Source: Pontimonas sp.
Lineage (GTDB): Bacteria; Actinomycetota; Actinomycetes; Actinomycetales; Microbacteriaceae
DNA length: 53,750 nucleotides
Direction of reading: 5' to 3'
Assembly (NCBI GenBank): GCA_017852615.1
Contig: JAFMKX010000002.1
Coordinates: forward strand, 1-53,750
Both the position numbers and the translations under genes were made by a program. Every line of letters begins with the position of its first letter. Position 1 is the first letter of the stretch. Shown in pieces: positions 20,015-30,947 of the stretch. The notes beneath the pieces were generated by a model, which made no database searches, was not told the origin of the DNA, and saw nothing but the letters and a program-made list of their open reading frames with translations.

Positions 20015-21270
20015 TGGCGCTCTTGGGAAAAAAAGCTGCGACCACTATTCCTGGTCCCACCCTGGATGACTTTGCCGATGCCCAGCGGGTGTTGGAAGGA
20101 GTTGCTCAAACCACTCCTATGGAAATCTCTCGCTACCTCAGCGAGGAATTGGGCCAGCCTGTCCACCTCAAGTGTGAGAATCTGCAACGAACGGGTTCCT
20201 ACAAAATCCGTGGCGCGTATTACCGCATGTCCAAACTGACCCAGGAAGAGCGTTCCCACGGCGTGGTGGCAGCCAGTGCCGGCAACCACGCTCAGGGGGT
20301 AGCGTTTGCGGCTCGCGAACAGGGCATTAAAGCCACCATCTTCACACCCATCGGTGTTGCATTGCCCAAGCTCCAGGCCACTAAGGCCTATGGGGCTGAG
20401 GTTGTCTTGGGTGGGGACTCCATCGTTGAGCCTCTGCGCGAAGCTGCGGCCTTTGCCGAGCGAACCGGTGCCATCCGAATTCCTCCTTTTGACCACCCCG
20501 ATGTGATCGCTGGACAGGGAACGGTTGGGTTGGAAATACTCGATCAGACCCCCGAGGTGACGACGGTCATTGTTCCTATTGGCGGTGGCGGGTTGATGGC
20601 CGGTGTGGCCAGTGTCATGAAGCAAACCGCTGCCCGAGAGGGCCGGGAAATCCGCGTCATTGGAGTGCAAGCAGAAAATGCTGCTTCCTATGTTCCCTCC
20701 CTCGCCAAGGGCAAACCCGTGGAAATCGAGCTAGGTCCCACGATTTCTGATGGAATCGCTGTCTCTAAGCCGGGAAATCTTAATTTCGACATTATTTCGC
20801 GCTGCGTGGATGAAGTGGTCACCGTGAGTGACGATGAAAGCGCCACGGCAATTTTGGTGCTGCTGGAGCGAGCCAAAATGGTGGTCGAGCCTTCGGGTGC
20901 TGCGGGTGTGGCGGCAATTCTTGCTGGCAAAATCAAGGCCACGGGACCCACGGTAGTTATTTTGAGTGGCGGCAATATCGATCCCATGATTTTGGAGCGC
21001 GTGATTTCCCGGGGTATGGCAGCTGCGGGGCGGTATATGAAACTGCGCATCCCGCTTCCTGATCGACCCGGGCAGCTGGCACGAACGTCAGAGATTGTGG
21101 CTAGTCAAAATGCCAACGTGGTGGAGGTCCTTCACACTCGCCACGGCACTGGGCTGCAAATTAGTCAGGTCGAACTAGAGCTTCATATCGAAACCAGAGG
21201 ACCTGAGCACGCGCAGGCAGTGCTGCAAGCCTTGCGCGATGAAGGTTACGAACCGCGGTTAGATTTCTAG
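20014..21270 (+). CDS. ilvA: Threonine ammonia-lyase with C-terminal ACT domain
   Basis: LKCENLQRTGSYKIRGA, SAGNHAQG, PIGGGGL, SGGNID, LPDRPGQL; ATG overlaps the upstream TGA. Confidence 0.93.
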   Translation: MALLGKKAATTIPGPTLDDFADAQRVLEGVAQTTPMEISRYLSEELGQPVHLKCENLQRTGSYKIRGAYYRMSKLTQEERSHGVVAASAGNHAQGVAFAAREQGIKATIFTPIGVALPKLQATKAYGAEVVLGGDSIVEPLREAAAFAERTGAIRIPPFDHPDVIAGQGTVGLEILDQTPEVTTVIVPIGGGGLMAGVASVMKQTAAREGREIRVIGVQAENAASYVPSLAKGKPVEIELGPTISDGIAVSKPGNLNFDIISRCVDEVVTVSDDESATAILVLLERAKMVVEPSGAAGVAAILAGKIKATGPTVVILSGGNIDPMILERVISRGMAAAGRYMKLRIPLPDRPGQLARTSEIVASQNANVVEVLHTRHGTGLQISQVELELHIETRGPEHAQAVLQALRDEGYEPRLDF

Positions 21271-21761
21271 GGAATAAAGGTTTCGACGTCGAGAATTTCG
21301 ACAGCGATTTCTGCCCCATTGGGAGCTGTGTAGGTGCCACTGGCGCCCACGGCAAGACCCATGATGGCTTGTCCCAGGGGGCTTTGTTCGGAGTACACGT
21401 CTAACTCAGTGTCACCAGCGAGTTCCCGTGAACCCAGAAGAAACTTTTCTTGGTCTCCGTGGATGTGGGCCGTGACGACTGTGCCGGGTTCGACCACTCC
21501 AGAACTTGCAGGAATCTCGCCCACCACAGCGTGCTTGAGCATGGTCGTCAGGGTGCGAATCCGGTCTTCCATTTTGGCTTGTTCCTCTTTGGCGGCGTGA
21601 TACCCGCCGTTTTCTTTGAGGTCGCCTTCTTCGCGGGCCAGTTCAATCTTGCGAGAAATATCCTTGCGTCCTTTGGTGGTCAGCTCCTCGAGCTCCAGAG
21701 CAAGACGGTCATAGGCTTCCTGGGTCAGCCAGACAACGCTCTCGGAATCTTTCGCAGACAT
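21267..21761 (-). CDS. greA: Transcription elongation factor GreA
   Basis: WLTQEAY, EGDLKENGGYHAAK, SPLGQA; AAGGAG ribosome-binding site before ATG 21761. Confidence 0.96.
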   Translation of the reverse strand: MSAKDSESVVWLTQEAYDRLALELEELTTKGRKDISRKIELAREEGDLKENGGYHAAKEEQAKMEDRIRTLTTMLKHAVVGEIPASSGVVEPGTVVTAHIHGDQEKFLLGSRELAGDTELDVYSEQSPLGQAIMGLAVGASGTYTAPNGAEIAVEILDVETFIP

Positions 21762-21775
21762 GGTCGCTCCTTGAT

Positions 21776-21805
21776 AAGGAAAACCGGCCACCCACAGGGC
21801 CGGTT
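21776..21805 (-). terminator. Terminator-like hairpin in the greA leader
   Basis: Minus strand CCGGCC-8 nt loop-GGCCGG followed by TTTTCCTT, immediately before the greA SD. Confidence 0.6.
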
Positions 21806-21819
21806 CGTGTTCCCAAAGG

Positions 21820-22266
21820 CTAGGGCAACCAGCACTCGTAGAGCAACCCGGTCACCGCTGGTTCACTGGTGCGAAGAGTGGTGTCAAAGACTCTGGTCCA
21901 GGTGTCCTCGGGGGGAATCTCGACAATCTTCCAGCCCACAATGCCAAAGGAAGCGTTCAGCGCTTGGATGGCACAGGTAACACTGGTTTCTGGAGCGGTC
22001 GTGATTTCATAGCGCACCACCACAGTGGTTTCATCCACAATGGTGTGCCCGACGTCGCGGTATTGCACTTGGGAGGGCGCTTCAAGAACGCCACCCCACC
22101 ACAGCCATGCACCGATGACGAGGGCGGCGGCAATGGCGGCAGAGATGCCAATGCCACGTTGGCTCAGTCGCGAGGACGCCGTGCGCCCGTAGCGCCTGGC
22201 AAGGGTATCTGCCTGGGCAGCGTCACGATCGACGGAAGGGGAGTCCGTAGAGTCTTTCGTGGGCAT
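21820..22266 (-). CDS. DUF4307-like membrane protein
   Basis: LARRYG, one TM, CAIQALNASFGIVG, LRT, terminal CW; conserved position next to greA in actinobacteria. Confidence 0.8.
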   Translation of the reverse strand: MPTKDSTDSPSVDRDAAQADTLARRYGRTASSRLSQRGIGISAAIAAALVIGAWLWWGGVLEAPSQVQYRDVGHTIVDETTVVVRYEITTAPETSVTCAIQALNASFGIVGWKIVEIPPEDTWTRVFDTTLRTSEPAVTGLLYECWLP

Positions 22267-22338
22267 TATGGAGGCTTCTCTCGCTACGCTATCTACAGCG
22301 TAGCTTGCCTGTGTGTGAGCAAAGGGAGAGGTGTCACT

Positions 22339-22569
22339 GTGTGGTTAGCCAGTCTTGTGCCATTCGCCGATGATCCACTGATTCCAGCGATTGAGGTGGA
22401 TCCCAACTCGGTCACCCCTGGGGCCATCGGGTTTGTGGTGACGTTCGCGATTGCGGCAGCAGTCGTGGGACTAATTTTTGACATGGTGCGCCGCGTGCGC
22501 AGAGTGCGCTACCGCAGCGAAATCAACGAGAAGCTGGATGCCGAAGCTAACCCACCAGTGGGGGATTAA
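22339..22569 (+). CDS. Small hypothetical membrane protein
   Basis: AAAGGGAGAG SD; VTPGAIGFVVTF..DMVRRVRRVRYR is a pattern seen in conserved actinobacterial small proteins. Confidence 0.7.
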   Translation: MWLASLVPFADDPLIPAIEVDPNSVTPGAIGFVVTFAIAAAVVGLIFDMVRRVRRVRYRSEINEKLDAEANPPVGD

Positions 22570-23263
22570 GAGCAATCAGCAGCACCGCGCTCCAGTGGCA
22601 CATAAAAGCCACCACCGTCAGTGCGTGAAAGATTTCGTGAAACCCAAAAGTGGCGGGAGCCGGGTTGGGTCGCTTAGTGGCATACACGATGGCACCTAAC
22701 GAGTAGGCCAAGCCTCCGGCAATAACTAACACCATCATCGCGACGTTGGCTCGAAAGAGGTCGCCCATATACATCACAGCGCCCCAGCCCAACCCCAGAT
22801 ACAACATCACATAGAGCCAACGGGGAGCACCAATCCACAACACTCGAAAGCCAATACCCAAGAGTGTTCCCACCCAAATCACGATAAGCAAGCGCAACGC
22901 TTTGTCGCTGGGCAGTGCCAACACTGCAATGGGAGTGTAGGTTCCGGCAATCAAGAGAAAGATGTTGGCGTGGTCGAGGCGCTTGAGCAGTACTTTATTT
23001 TTCGGACTCCAATTAAAGCGGTGGTAGGTGCCAGAGACACCAAACATCAACACCGAGGTGGTGACAAATATGGCGCTGGACACGGTCGCCGCAACGCCCT
23101 GTGCCACCACAATCAACACAATGCCGGCAGCTAAGGCCAGCGGCAGGGTGCCGAGGTGGATCCAGCCTCGCCAGGATGGCGTGTGGGCCGATGGCTGGTG
23201 GTCAAGTGCATCAGCCATCAAGGGCAGTTCTAGAGAACCCTGCGGAGCGTGGGGAGAGGACAT
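22547..23263 (-). CDS. Hemolysin III / PAQR family membrane protein
   Basis: RGWIH, SGTYH, RLDHANIFLLIAGTYTP, GFHEIFH. Confidence 0.92.
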   Translation of the reverse strand: MSSPHAPQGSLELPLMADALDHQPSAHTPSWRGWIHLGTLPLALAAGIVLIVVAQGVAATVSSAIFVTTSVLMFGVSGTYHRFNWSPKNKVLLKRLDHANIFLLIAGTYTPIAVLALPSDKALRLLIVIWVGTLLGIGFRVLWIGAPRWLYVMLYLGLGWGAVMYMGDLFRANVAMMVLVIAGGLAYSLGAIVYATKRPNPAPATFGFHEIFHALTVVAFMCHWSAVLLIALNPPLVG

Positions 23264-23349
23264 GGCTTCACTCTAGGGTTTGAGGCAATGAAGAGGGGAT
23301 GTTTTTGTAGGAAACCTCCACTAGGCCCAAGTAGTACTACCTTTGTTCT

Positions 23350-24135
23350 GTGCGGTGGATCAAATGGCTCCTAGGCGAAGGTCTCCTTTATCGTCTCTAT
23401 CGCAGGCGCATCCTCAAAGAACTGGATGGCCTTGCCAAACCTCACCATGTGGCCATGATTCTGGATGGCAATCGTCGTTGGGCTAAAGCGCGGGCTTTGG
23501 AATCAAGTTCCCACGGCCATCGCGCTGGGGCTGACAAGATTCATGAGTTTCTCACCTGGTGTGAAGAACAGGGTGTGGAGGTGGTGACCCTGTATCTGCT
23601 CTCGTCGGATAATCTCACCGGGCGCGATTCGCAGGAACTCGACGACCTCGCTGAAATTATTGAGGGACTGGCTAACCAGCTGTCTCGTTTTTCTAATTGG
23701 CGAGTCAAACACGTCGGTCAAGCCGGTGCCCTTCCGTCTCATCTGCAGCACACTCTCGAAGCCGCTGAACAACGCAGCTCCCAGAATTCGGGACTCCACA
23801 TCAATTTGGCAGTCGGATATGGCGGTCGTGCAGAAATTACTGGTGCCGTTCGCCGACTGGTGGAATCTCATCAGCACGCCGGCGGCTCGCTAGATGAGCT
23901 GCCTGAGAACATCAGTGTTCAGGCCATCGCGGATCATTTAGACACCGTCGGGCAGCCCGATCCTGACCTTGTGATCAGGACCTCTGGCGAGCAGCGCTTG
24001 AGTGACTTCATGTTGTGGCAAAGCGCTCACAGCGAGTTTTACTTTGTGGAAGCCCTCGGGCCCGACCTGCGAGAGATTGACTTTTTGCGAGCTCTGCGTG
24101 ATTTTGGCACCCGCCAGCGCCGCTACGGCCAGTAG
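23350..24135 (+). CDS. Cis-isoprenyl transferase (short-chain Z-prenyl diphosphate synthase-like)
   Basis: HVAMILDGNRRWA, YGGRAEI, PDLVIRTSGEQRLSDF, RRYG. Confidence 0.93.
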   Translation: MRWIKWLLGEGLLYRLYRRRILKELDGLAKPHHVAMILDGNRRWAKARALESSSHGHRAGADKIHEFLTWCEEQGVEVVTLYLLSSDNLTGRDSQELDDLAEIIEGLANQLSRFSNWRVKHVGQAGALPSHLQHTLEAAEQRSSQNSGLHINLAVGYGGRAEITGAVRRLVESHQHAGGSLDELPENISVQAIADHLDTVGQPDPDLVIRTSGEQRLSDFMLWQSAHSEFYFVEALGPDLREIDFLRALRDFGTRQRRYGQ

Positions 24136-24249
24136 AGAAATCTGAGAATTCACCTTCTCGCCATCTCCAAGGCGTGTCATTGACCAGCGCACCAGGTGAG
24201 CTGACGTAGTTTCATAACTACCCCCTTCGCCTCTTATTTAGGAGCTTTT

Positions 24250-25599
24250 GTGGAAAAAACCGCTTCTCCCTCTTCGACCAAAACCACAGCACGTAAGAAG
24301 AAAACGGGGGAGCGGACGTTCGTCCTCGACACCTCGGTGTTATTGAGTGACCCGGGTGCTATTTTTCGATTCGCCGAGCACCAGGTGGTCCTACCCGTCG
24401 TGGTCATCTCGGAACTGGAGAAAAAGCGTCACGATCCCGAGATCGGATATTTTGCCCGACAGGCACTGCGCAATCTGGATGATTTGCGTCACGACCACGA
24501 GCGATTGGATTTCCCGATTGCTGTGGGAGAGGGAGGGTCGCTTCGCGTTGAACTCAACCACTCCAACCAATCGGTCCTGCCCAGTGGGCTCCAGCTGGGC
24601 GATAACGATTCGCGCATCCTCGCAGTAGCGTCGAACCTGGCCAATGACGGGCTTGCCGTCACCGTGGTGTCTAAAGACCTGCCCATGAGAGTGAAGGCTG
24701 CTTCTATTGGCCTCACCGCCGAGGAATACCGAGCAGAATTAGCTCCTGATTCCGGCTGGATGGGAATCTCCGAAGTGCGCATGAGTGCCGAGGAGATGCA
24801 AAAGCTCTATGACGAAGAAATCATAAAGACCGCTGTGGCGGATGATTTACCGACGAACACCTCGCTGGTGATTTCTTCAGATCGGGGATCAGCTCTGGGC
24901 CGGGTGACAAGTCCCGGAACAGTGTCGGTGGTGCGCGGTGACCGGGACCTTTTTGGTCTCAGTGGACGCTCTGCGGAACAACGCCTCGCCATTGACCTAT
25001 TGCTCGATCAAAGTATTGGCATCGTGTCCCTGGGTGGTCGCGCCGGAACCGGTAAATCAGCTCTTGCGCTGTGTGCCGGTCTCGAAGCGGTGCTGGAGAA
25101 GCAACTACATCGCAAAATCATGGTGTTTCGTCCGCTCTATGCGGTGGGCGGGCAAGACCTGGGTTACCTCCCCGGAGATGCCAGCGAAAAGATGAACCCC
25201 TGGGCCGAAGCCACCTTTGACACGCTATCTTCCGTGGTGTCCCACAACGTGGTCGAAGAAGTGATGGATCGTGGCCTCCTCGAGGTTCTCCCGCTCACAC
25301 ATATTCGAGGCCGTTCCCTCCACGACGCTTTTGTGATCGTGGATGAGGCGCAATCTCTTGAACGCAATGTCTTGTTGACGATGCTCTCTCGTATCGGGCA
25401 AAACTCCCGTGTGGTGCTCACCCATGACGTGGCGCAAAGAGACAACCTCCGAGTCGGTCGACACGACGGTGTTGCTAGCGTGATCGAAGCGCTTAAGGGC
25501 CAGTCCCTGTTTGCTCACATCACCTTGACACGATCAGAGCGCAGCGCAATTGCTGCCTTAGTTACTGATTTGTTGGAAGAGGGCAGCCAGGTCGCCTAA
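24250..25599 (+). CDS. phoH2: PIN-PhoH protein (PhoH2)
   Basis: PIN domain [18 protein letters not shown]; Walker [19 protein letters not shown]. Confidence 0.92.
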   Translation: MEKTASPSSTKTTARKKKTGERTFVLDTSVLLSDPGAIFRFAEHQVVLPVVVISELEKKRHDPEIGYFARQALRNLDDLRHDHERLDFPIAVGEGGSLRVELNHSNQSVLPSGLQLGDNDSRILAVASNLANDGLAVTVVSKDLPMRVKAASIGLTAEEYRAELAPDSGWMGISEVRMSAEEMQKLYDEEIIKTAVADDLPTNTSLVISSDRGSALGRVTSPGTVSVVRGDRDLFGLSGRSAEQRLAIDLLLDQSIGIVSLGGRAGTGKSALALCAGLEAVLEKQLHRKIMVFRPLYAVGGQDLGYLPGDASEKMNPWAEATFDTLSSVVSHNVVEEVMDRGLLEVLPLTHIRGRSLHDAFVIVDEAQSLERNVLLTMLSRIGQNSRVVLTHDVAQRDNLRVGRHDGVASVIEALKGQSLFAHITLTRSERSAIAALVTDLLEEGSQVA

Positions 25600-26996
25600 A
25601 GACCAGGGGATGTCATTTTCAAGACATCCAAGGCGGCATCGAGGTCTTCGAGAGTAATCTCACCGCGCTCGACGAAGCCCAAGTCAATGACCGATTCCCG
25701 CACCGTTTTTTGGTGCTCCACGGCGTGCTTTGCCACTGTGGCGGCTGATTCGTAGCCGATCACGCGATTGAGTGGAGTAACAATGGCGGGAGAGGATTCT
25801 GCCAAAGCACGCGCGTGGTCAGCACGAGCTTCGAGGCCCACCACGGTCTTATCGGCCAAGACCCTGGTGGAATTCGCGAGGAGTCGAATGGATTCCAAGA
25901 GTGAGGTGCCCATCACGGGGATGGACACGTTGAGCTCGAAGTTTCCACTAGCTCCAGCCCAGGCAATGGTCTGGTCATTTCCGATAACCCGTGCGCAGAC
26001 CATCAAGACTGCTTCGGGGATCACGGGGTTGACCTTGCCGGGCATGATCGAGCTTCCGGGCTGGAGGTCAGGAATATGAATTTCTGCCAGACCCGCATTG
26101 GGACCCGAGCCCATCCATCGAATGTCATTGCAGATCTTGGTCAGCGACACCGCAATAATCCGCAGTGCTCCCGAGGCCTCGACGAGGCCATCTCGGGCAC
26201 CTTGAGCTTCAAAGTGATCTTCGGCTTCGGTAATGGGCAACGAGGTGGACTGAGCTAAGACCTCAATGACTTTGGCGGAAAAACCCAGCGGGGTGTTGAT
26301 TCCGGTGCCGGTGGCCGTTCCGCCCAGTGGCACTTCGGCAACCCGGGGGATAGCCGCGTTGACTCGGTCGATACCGAGGCGAATCTGGCGAGCAAAACCA
26401 GCAAATTCTTGACCCAGGGTGACCGGGGTGGCATCCATGAGGTGGGTGCGGCCCGCCTTGACCATGGTCTTCCACGCGGCGGCTTTCTCCTCGAGTGCGC
26501 CGGCTAAGTGCTCCAGGGCGGGGATGAGTGAGGTGATCAGGGCCTGGGTCACTGCGAGGTGAACAGAGGTGGGGAAGACGTCATTCGAGGACTGTGAAGC
26601 GTTCACGTGGTCATTGGGGTGAATGTCGTGGCCTGCGTGAGTGGTGGCTAGGGTCGCCAACACCTCGTTCATGTTCATGTTGGAACTCGTGCCCGAACCG
26701 GTTTGGTAGGTGTCCACGGGGAATTGATCGTGGTGCTCACCAGCGATGATGGTGTCCGCCGCGGCGACGATCGAGCTAGAGGTTGTGGCGTCAATGATGC
26801 CCAGTTCGTGATTGACCAGGGCAGCGGCACGTTTGATGTGAGCCAGTGCCACAATCTGAGCAGGTTCTAGGCCTCGACCGGAGATAGGGAAGTTGTCCAC
26901 CGCGCGTTGCGTTTGTGCGCGGTAGAGGGCGTGTGCGGGAACCCGCACTTCCCCCATGGTGTCGTGTTCGATGCGGAATTCGTTCTCTGCGCTCAT
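25596..26996 (-). CDS. fumC: Class II fumarate hydratase
   Basis: [39 protein letters not shown]. Confidence 0.96.
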   Translation of the reverse strand: MSAENEFRIEHDTMGEVRVPAHALYRAQTQRAVDNFPISGRGLEPAQIVALAHIKRAAALVNHELGIIDATTSSSIVAAADTIIAGEHHDQFPVDTYQTGSGTSSNMNMNEVLATLATTHAGHDIHPNDHVNASQSSNDVFPTSVHLAVTQALITSLIPALEHLAGALEEKAAAWKTMVKAGRTHLMDATPVTLGQEFAGFARQIRLGIDRVNAAIPRVAEVPLGGTATGTGINTPLGFSAKVIEVLAQSTSLPITEAEDHFEAQGARDGLVEASGALRIIAVSLTKICNDIRWMGSGPNAGLAEIHIPDLQPGSSIMPGKVNPVIPEAVLMVCARVIGNDQTIAWAGASGNFELNVSIPVMGTSLLESIRLLANSTRVLADKTVVGLEARADHARALAESSPAIVTPLNRVIGYESAATVAKHAVEHQKTVRESVIDLGFVERGEITLEDLDAALDVLKMTSPGL

Positions 26997-27033
26997 GACA
27001 AGGTCCTTAACTTTCCCGATGACTCTAGTGTGC

Positions 27034-27681
27034 TTAGTCGCTCTCGACGGAGCCGATAATGACATCCGGGGTGACGCGGCCTTCGTCGAGCGTGTAATTC
27101 GCTCCGACTAAAGCCAGCTTACCCTCGGCGACGGCAACGCTAATAAGTTCACTGCCCGCGAGAAGACTCGACACGGTGTCACGTAGGTGTTCGCGACCGA
27201 TCACACTGGCATCGAGTTCTTGGCCGCGCTTTTTCCCCTCGGCAAGGCGCACGCGCGTCACCGCGGGCTCAATGGATTCGATCATGGAATGAATATGAGG
27301 AGGCAGGGGCGGCGCATCCTCATGGTCTTGTTCTATCGCTACCCGCACGGCACCACAGTCATCGTGGGAAAGAACAATAATCAACGCCACACCCAAGGTG
27401 GCGACCGCGTATTCCAGCGAACCAATGACAGACGAGGACATCACTTGCCCGGCGTTTCTCACCACAAAAAGATCGCCCAGGCCACAATCGAAGATGATTT
27501 CTGCCGAGAGCCGTGAATCAGCGCACCCAAACAGTGCCGCTTGGGGAGTTTGAGCTATCGCTATTTCTGCGCGTCGCTCCACATCCTGCCGGGGGTGCAT
27601 CGGAGTACCAGCAATGAAGTGGTCATTGCCACTTTTCATCAGCTCCCAGGCTTGGGCGGGGGACAATACGGGGGCACTCAT
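27034..27681 (-). CDS. Beta-class carbonic anhydrase
   Basis: [23 protein letters not shown] zinc ligands. Confidence 0.93.
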   Translation of the reverse strand: MSAPVLSPAQAWELMKSGNDHFIAGTPMHPRQDVERRAEIAIAQTPQAALFGCADSRLSAEIIFDCGLGDLFVVRNAGQVMSSSVIGSLEYAVATLGVALIIVLSHDDCGAVRVAIEQDHEDAPPLPPHIHSMIESIEPAVTRVRLAEGKKRGQELDASVIGREHLRDTVSSLLAGSELISVAVAEGKLALVGANYTLDEGRVTPDVIIGSVESD

Positions 27682-28328
27682 GAGTCGTCTCTGCGTAACT
27701 GGTAGGACACTTCGTTGGCAACATCACTCACTGCGCGCTTGCTGGTCCCACCGATGATGATCGTGGAATCATCCCACACCACCATCACGACGTAGGCATT
27801 GTTACTCTCGGGATCGCTCTCGCGCCGATCGTATTCTTCCCAGACCACGGAGGGATAACCGTCATAACCAAAACTGATGTCGCCCGTGGAGGGAGCGCGG
27901 TCAGTGCGCAACGCCACCCACGACGCATCAGCACTAAATCCTTGATCCAGAAAAACGTAGCTCGATTCAGGGCCGAGCAACCCCAGGGACCAGGTCACCG
28001 AGGCCCCTGGTTCTTGGGAGATTCCAGCCCGATTGGCACTCCACTGCTCCGAGAGTTGGGGAACAACGGCCCTGCCCGGAAGCTCATCCGAGATTTCCAC
28101 CGCCACGCTTTGGTAATCGACAGATTCCACCAAGGTGTTATCGGGGCGCACCACGACGATGATCAGCAGGGCAACGATTCCCAGGGAGGTCAGCAAGGAC
28201 CACACGAGATTTCTGGTGGTTTGGCGCGCGCGACGCTCAGCGCGAGCTTTCGTCACTCGATCATGTTTTTCGGCAGGAGTTTCAGGGCGACCCAACCCGG
28301 CTACTTCACGCGGTTCTTGAGATGCCAC
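27678..28328 (-). CDS. DUF4245-like membrane-anchored protein
   Basis: LGRPETP, one TM, VDY, W-ANRA; synteny next to xseB. Confidence 0.7.
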   Translation of the reverse strand: MASQEPREVAGLGRPETPAEKHDRVTKARAERRARQTTRNLVWSLLTSLGIVALLIIVVVRPDNTLVESVDYQSVAVEISDELPGRAVVPQLSEQWSANRAGISQEPGASVTWSLGLLGPESSYVFLDQGFSADASWVALRTDRAPSTGDISFGYDGYPSVVWEEYDRRESDPESNNAYVVMVVWDDSTIIIGGTSKRAVSDVANEVSYQLRRDDS

Positions 28329-28331
28329 GGG

Positions 28332-28556
28332 TTATTCTTCGCGCTCTTTCTTGGCGGCGTCCAGGCGTGCTTTCGCGCCCTCAAGCCATTCTTCGCATCG
28401 CTTCGCCAACGCTTCGCCGCGCTCCCAGAGCGTGATGGACTCTTCGAGGGTGGTTCCACCGGTCTCTAATGCGGTGACGATCTCGACTAATTGATCCCGG
28501 GCTTGCTCGTAGCTCAACTGCGCCACATCTGCCAGGGGATCTTTATCGGTGCTCAC
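28332..28556 (-). CDS. xseB: Exodeoxyribonuclease VII small subunit
   Basis: LSYEQARDQL..LE..TLEESITLWERG. Confidence 0.95.
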   Translation of the reverse strand: MSTDKDPLADVAQLSYEQARDQLVEIVTALETGGTTLEESITLWERGEALAKRCEEWLEGAKARLDAAKKEREE

Positions 28557-28586
28557 GCTATGGAGTCTAGTAAAGGCTTGAGGGGG

Positions 28587-29795
28587 CTAATCAACGTGGG
28601 TATCGATGGTCCCATCACGAACCACCAAGGCGAGGGCATCCCCGGGGCTCACATCCCCTACGGCCGTGACGACGGTGCCATTGGCTAGTCGGGCGATGGC
28701 GTATCCGCGATCGAGAGTTTTCTGGGGCGACAGACCTCGCAGTGACGTGCTCAAGGTACCAATCTCAGAAGCATTGCGCTCTAGTTGGCGCTGTGAGAGG
28801 TCATCACCTCTGGCCACCTGGAACATGATCTCTTGTGCTCGAAGATCAACCATGCTCTGTGGGTCGGCAAGACTTGGCCTGGATTTCACCGCCGAGAGGC
28901 GCTCTGCCTCGTAATCCAGGATTCCCAGCAGCCGATTATCCAGCCTGGAGCGAGCCTGGGCGATGATGCTGCGTTCATTCTCCACATCAGGAACCACCCG
29001 CTTGGCCGCATCGGTGGGGGTGGAAGCCCTGAGATCGGCGACGTCATCGAGCAGCGGGCGGTCAGCTTCGTGTCCAATCGCGCTGACCAGTGGGGTCGCA
29101 AGCGCTGCTGCGGCACGCACCAGAGCCTCATCACTAAAGGGCAGCAGGTGCAAGAAGTCTCCACCGCCTCGGGCCACGATAATGACGTCGACCTCGGGGT
29201 CTTGATCAAGGATTTCCATGGCCTTGATGACTTCTGGCACACAGCGATCGCCCTGCACTGCGGCGTATTCGATGCGAAAGGACACGTCAGGCCAGCGCAG
29301 CGTGGCGTTGGTGATGACGTCCTTTTCCGCATCCGAGTCTTTCCCCGTCACAAGGCCAATGGTTCCTGGGAGAAAAGGCAGGCGGATTTTGCGCTCGGGA
29401 GCAAAGAGACCCTCGGCGCTCAGGGTGGCGCGCAGTTTCTCCAGTTTCTCGAGGATTTCCCCGAGACCTGTGTGGCGCATCTGAAGCACGTTCATGCTCA
29501 GTGTGCCGCCCTTGGCCCACCAACTTGGCTTTACCTGGGCTATGACACGGTCTCCTCGAGAAATGCCCTCGGGGATGTTTTCTTGCGAGCGGCGCCAAAT
29601 CGTGATGCCCACAGAAGTATCGGATTCTAAGTCGGTGAGCTTGCCGTAGATGTTTCCCGCCGATTGGCTCCACTGGGTTACTTCAGCCTCAATCCATACT
29701 GCGCCTAAGCGGTCGATGTACCCGCCCAGCAGCTCAGAAAGTCGTCGCAGAGGCCACGGGGCCTCCGGAGAGGAATCATTGGTCGAAGACGTCAT
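28587..29795 (-). CDS. xseA: Exodeoxyribonuclease VII large subunit
   Basis: OB-fold N-terminus, [25 protein letters not shown]; start set at ATG 29795. Confidence 0.95.
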   Translation of the reverse strand: MTSSTNDSSPEAPWPLRRLSELLGGYIDRLGAVWIEAEVTQWSQSAGNIYGKLTDLESDTSVGITIWRRSQENIPEGISRGDRVIAQVKPSWWAKGGTLSMNVLQMRHTGLGEILEKLEKLRATLSAEGLFAPERKIRLPFLPGTIGLVTGKDSDAEKDVITNATLRWPDVSFRIEYAAVQGDRCVPEVIKAMEILDQDPEVDVIIVARGGGDFLHLLPFSDEALVRAAAALATPLVSAIGHEADRPLLDDVADLRASTPTDAAKRVVPDVENERSIIAQARSRLDNRLLGILDYEAERLSAVKSRPSLADPQSMVDLRAQEIMFQVARGDDLSQRQLERNASEIGTLSTSLRGLSPQKTLDRGYAIARLANGTVVTAVGDVSPGDALALVVRDGTIDTHVD

Positions 29796-29853
29796 CACCC
29801 CCAGGCTAGAACACTCAGCCTGTTTGCGGAATGAGCCCCATACACTGGAGCCC

Positions 29854-30927
29854 GTGAGTATTAGCAATGGCAGCGGTGGAACACTCTTGGAAACCCCGCT
29901 GATTCCCCAACGGGCAGAAAAGCTTCGCCCCGTTTCCACTTCCGGTTCCAAAAAGATTTTGCTGGCAGCCCCCCGCGGTTACTGTGCTGGAGTCGACCGT
30001 GCGGTGATTGCGGTGGAAAAAGCCCTCGAGCGTTTTGGTGCGCCGGTGTATGTGCGCAAGCAAATTGTTCACAACATTCACGTGGTTCGTGAGCTCGAAG
30101 CCCGTGGCGTGATTTTTGTGGACGAGGTTGCCGACGTTCCCCCGGGATCCAACATTGTCTTTTCTGCTCACGGTGTTTCACCCGCTGTTGTCCAACAGGC
30201 AGCGGATCGGGAGCTCAACGCCATCGATGCAACCTGCCCGTTAGTGACCAAGGTTCATCGGGAAGCCGTGCGTTTTTCGGGCCAGGATTACCACATCCTT
30301 CTTATCGGCCATGAAGGCCATGAAGAGGTAGAAGGAACGATGGGTCACGCTCCGGAGAACACCACTTTGGTCAACGACCCGGAGGAAGCCTCTCGTATTG
30401 AACCCCCCGAGACGGAAAACCTGATTTGGCTCTCCCAAACCACACTGAGTGTGGATGAAACGATGGAAACTGTTCGTCGTCTTCGTGAGCGCTTTCCACA
30501 CCTTCAAGATCCCCCCAGTGACGACATTTGCTACGCCACCCAAAACCGGCAAGTGGCGATCAAAAAGATTGCGCCCGAATGCGACCTTGTCATCGTGGTG
30601 GGTTCCCCTAATTCATCGAACTCTGTGCGCTTAGTGGAAGTGGCACTCGAATACGGAGCGAAAGCCTCCTACCGGGTCGACTACGCCAGTGAAATTGAGC
30701 AAGCCTGGCTCGAGGGTGTGGAAACTATCGGGGTGACTTCAGGTGCTTCGGTACCCGAAGTTCTCGTCGATCACGCTTTGGCTGATCTGTCCGATGCGGG
30801 ATTCACCGTGGTCGAAGAAGTACGCACGGCCGAGGAAGACCTTCAGTTCTCCCTGCCCAAAGAGCTCCGCAAAGACGCCAGTGGCGTGGTGGACCCTTCC
30901 ACTATTGGTGGGCGCAACAGGACCTAG
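29854..30927 (+). CDS. ispH: 4-hydroxy-3-methylbut-2-enyl diphosphate reductase
   Basis: [28 protein letters not shown]; three Fe-S cysteines. Confidence 0.96.
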   Translation: MSISNGSGGTLLETPLIPQRAEKLRPVSTSGSKKILLAAPRGYCAGVDRAVIAVEKALERFGAPVYVRKQIVHNIHVVRELEARGVIFVDEVADVPPGSNIVFSAHGVSPAVVQQAADRELNAIDATCPLVTKVHREAVRFSGQDYHILLIGHEGHEEVEGTMGHAPENTTLVNDPEEASRIEPPETENLIWLSQTTLSVDETMETVRRLRERFPHLQDPPSDDICYATQNRQVAIKKIAPECDLVIVVGSPNSSNSVRLVEVALEYGAKASYRVDYASEIEQAWLEGVETIGVTSGASVPEVLVDHALADLSDAGFTVVEEVRTAEEDLQFSLPKELRKDASGVVDPSTIGGRNRT

Positions 30928-30947
30928 GCTCTAAGCCTTTCCGCTTC

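Noticed and set aside
24250-25599. PIN domain as a toxin-antitoxin or defence system
   Set aside because: Standard PhoH2 fusion in its usual actinobacterial context; no antitoxin ORF is supported.
29650-29951. Apparent head-to-head overlap of xseA and ispH
   Set aside because: It disappears with starts at 29795 and 29854, each of which has a -10 box.
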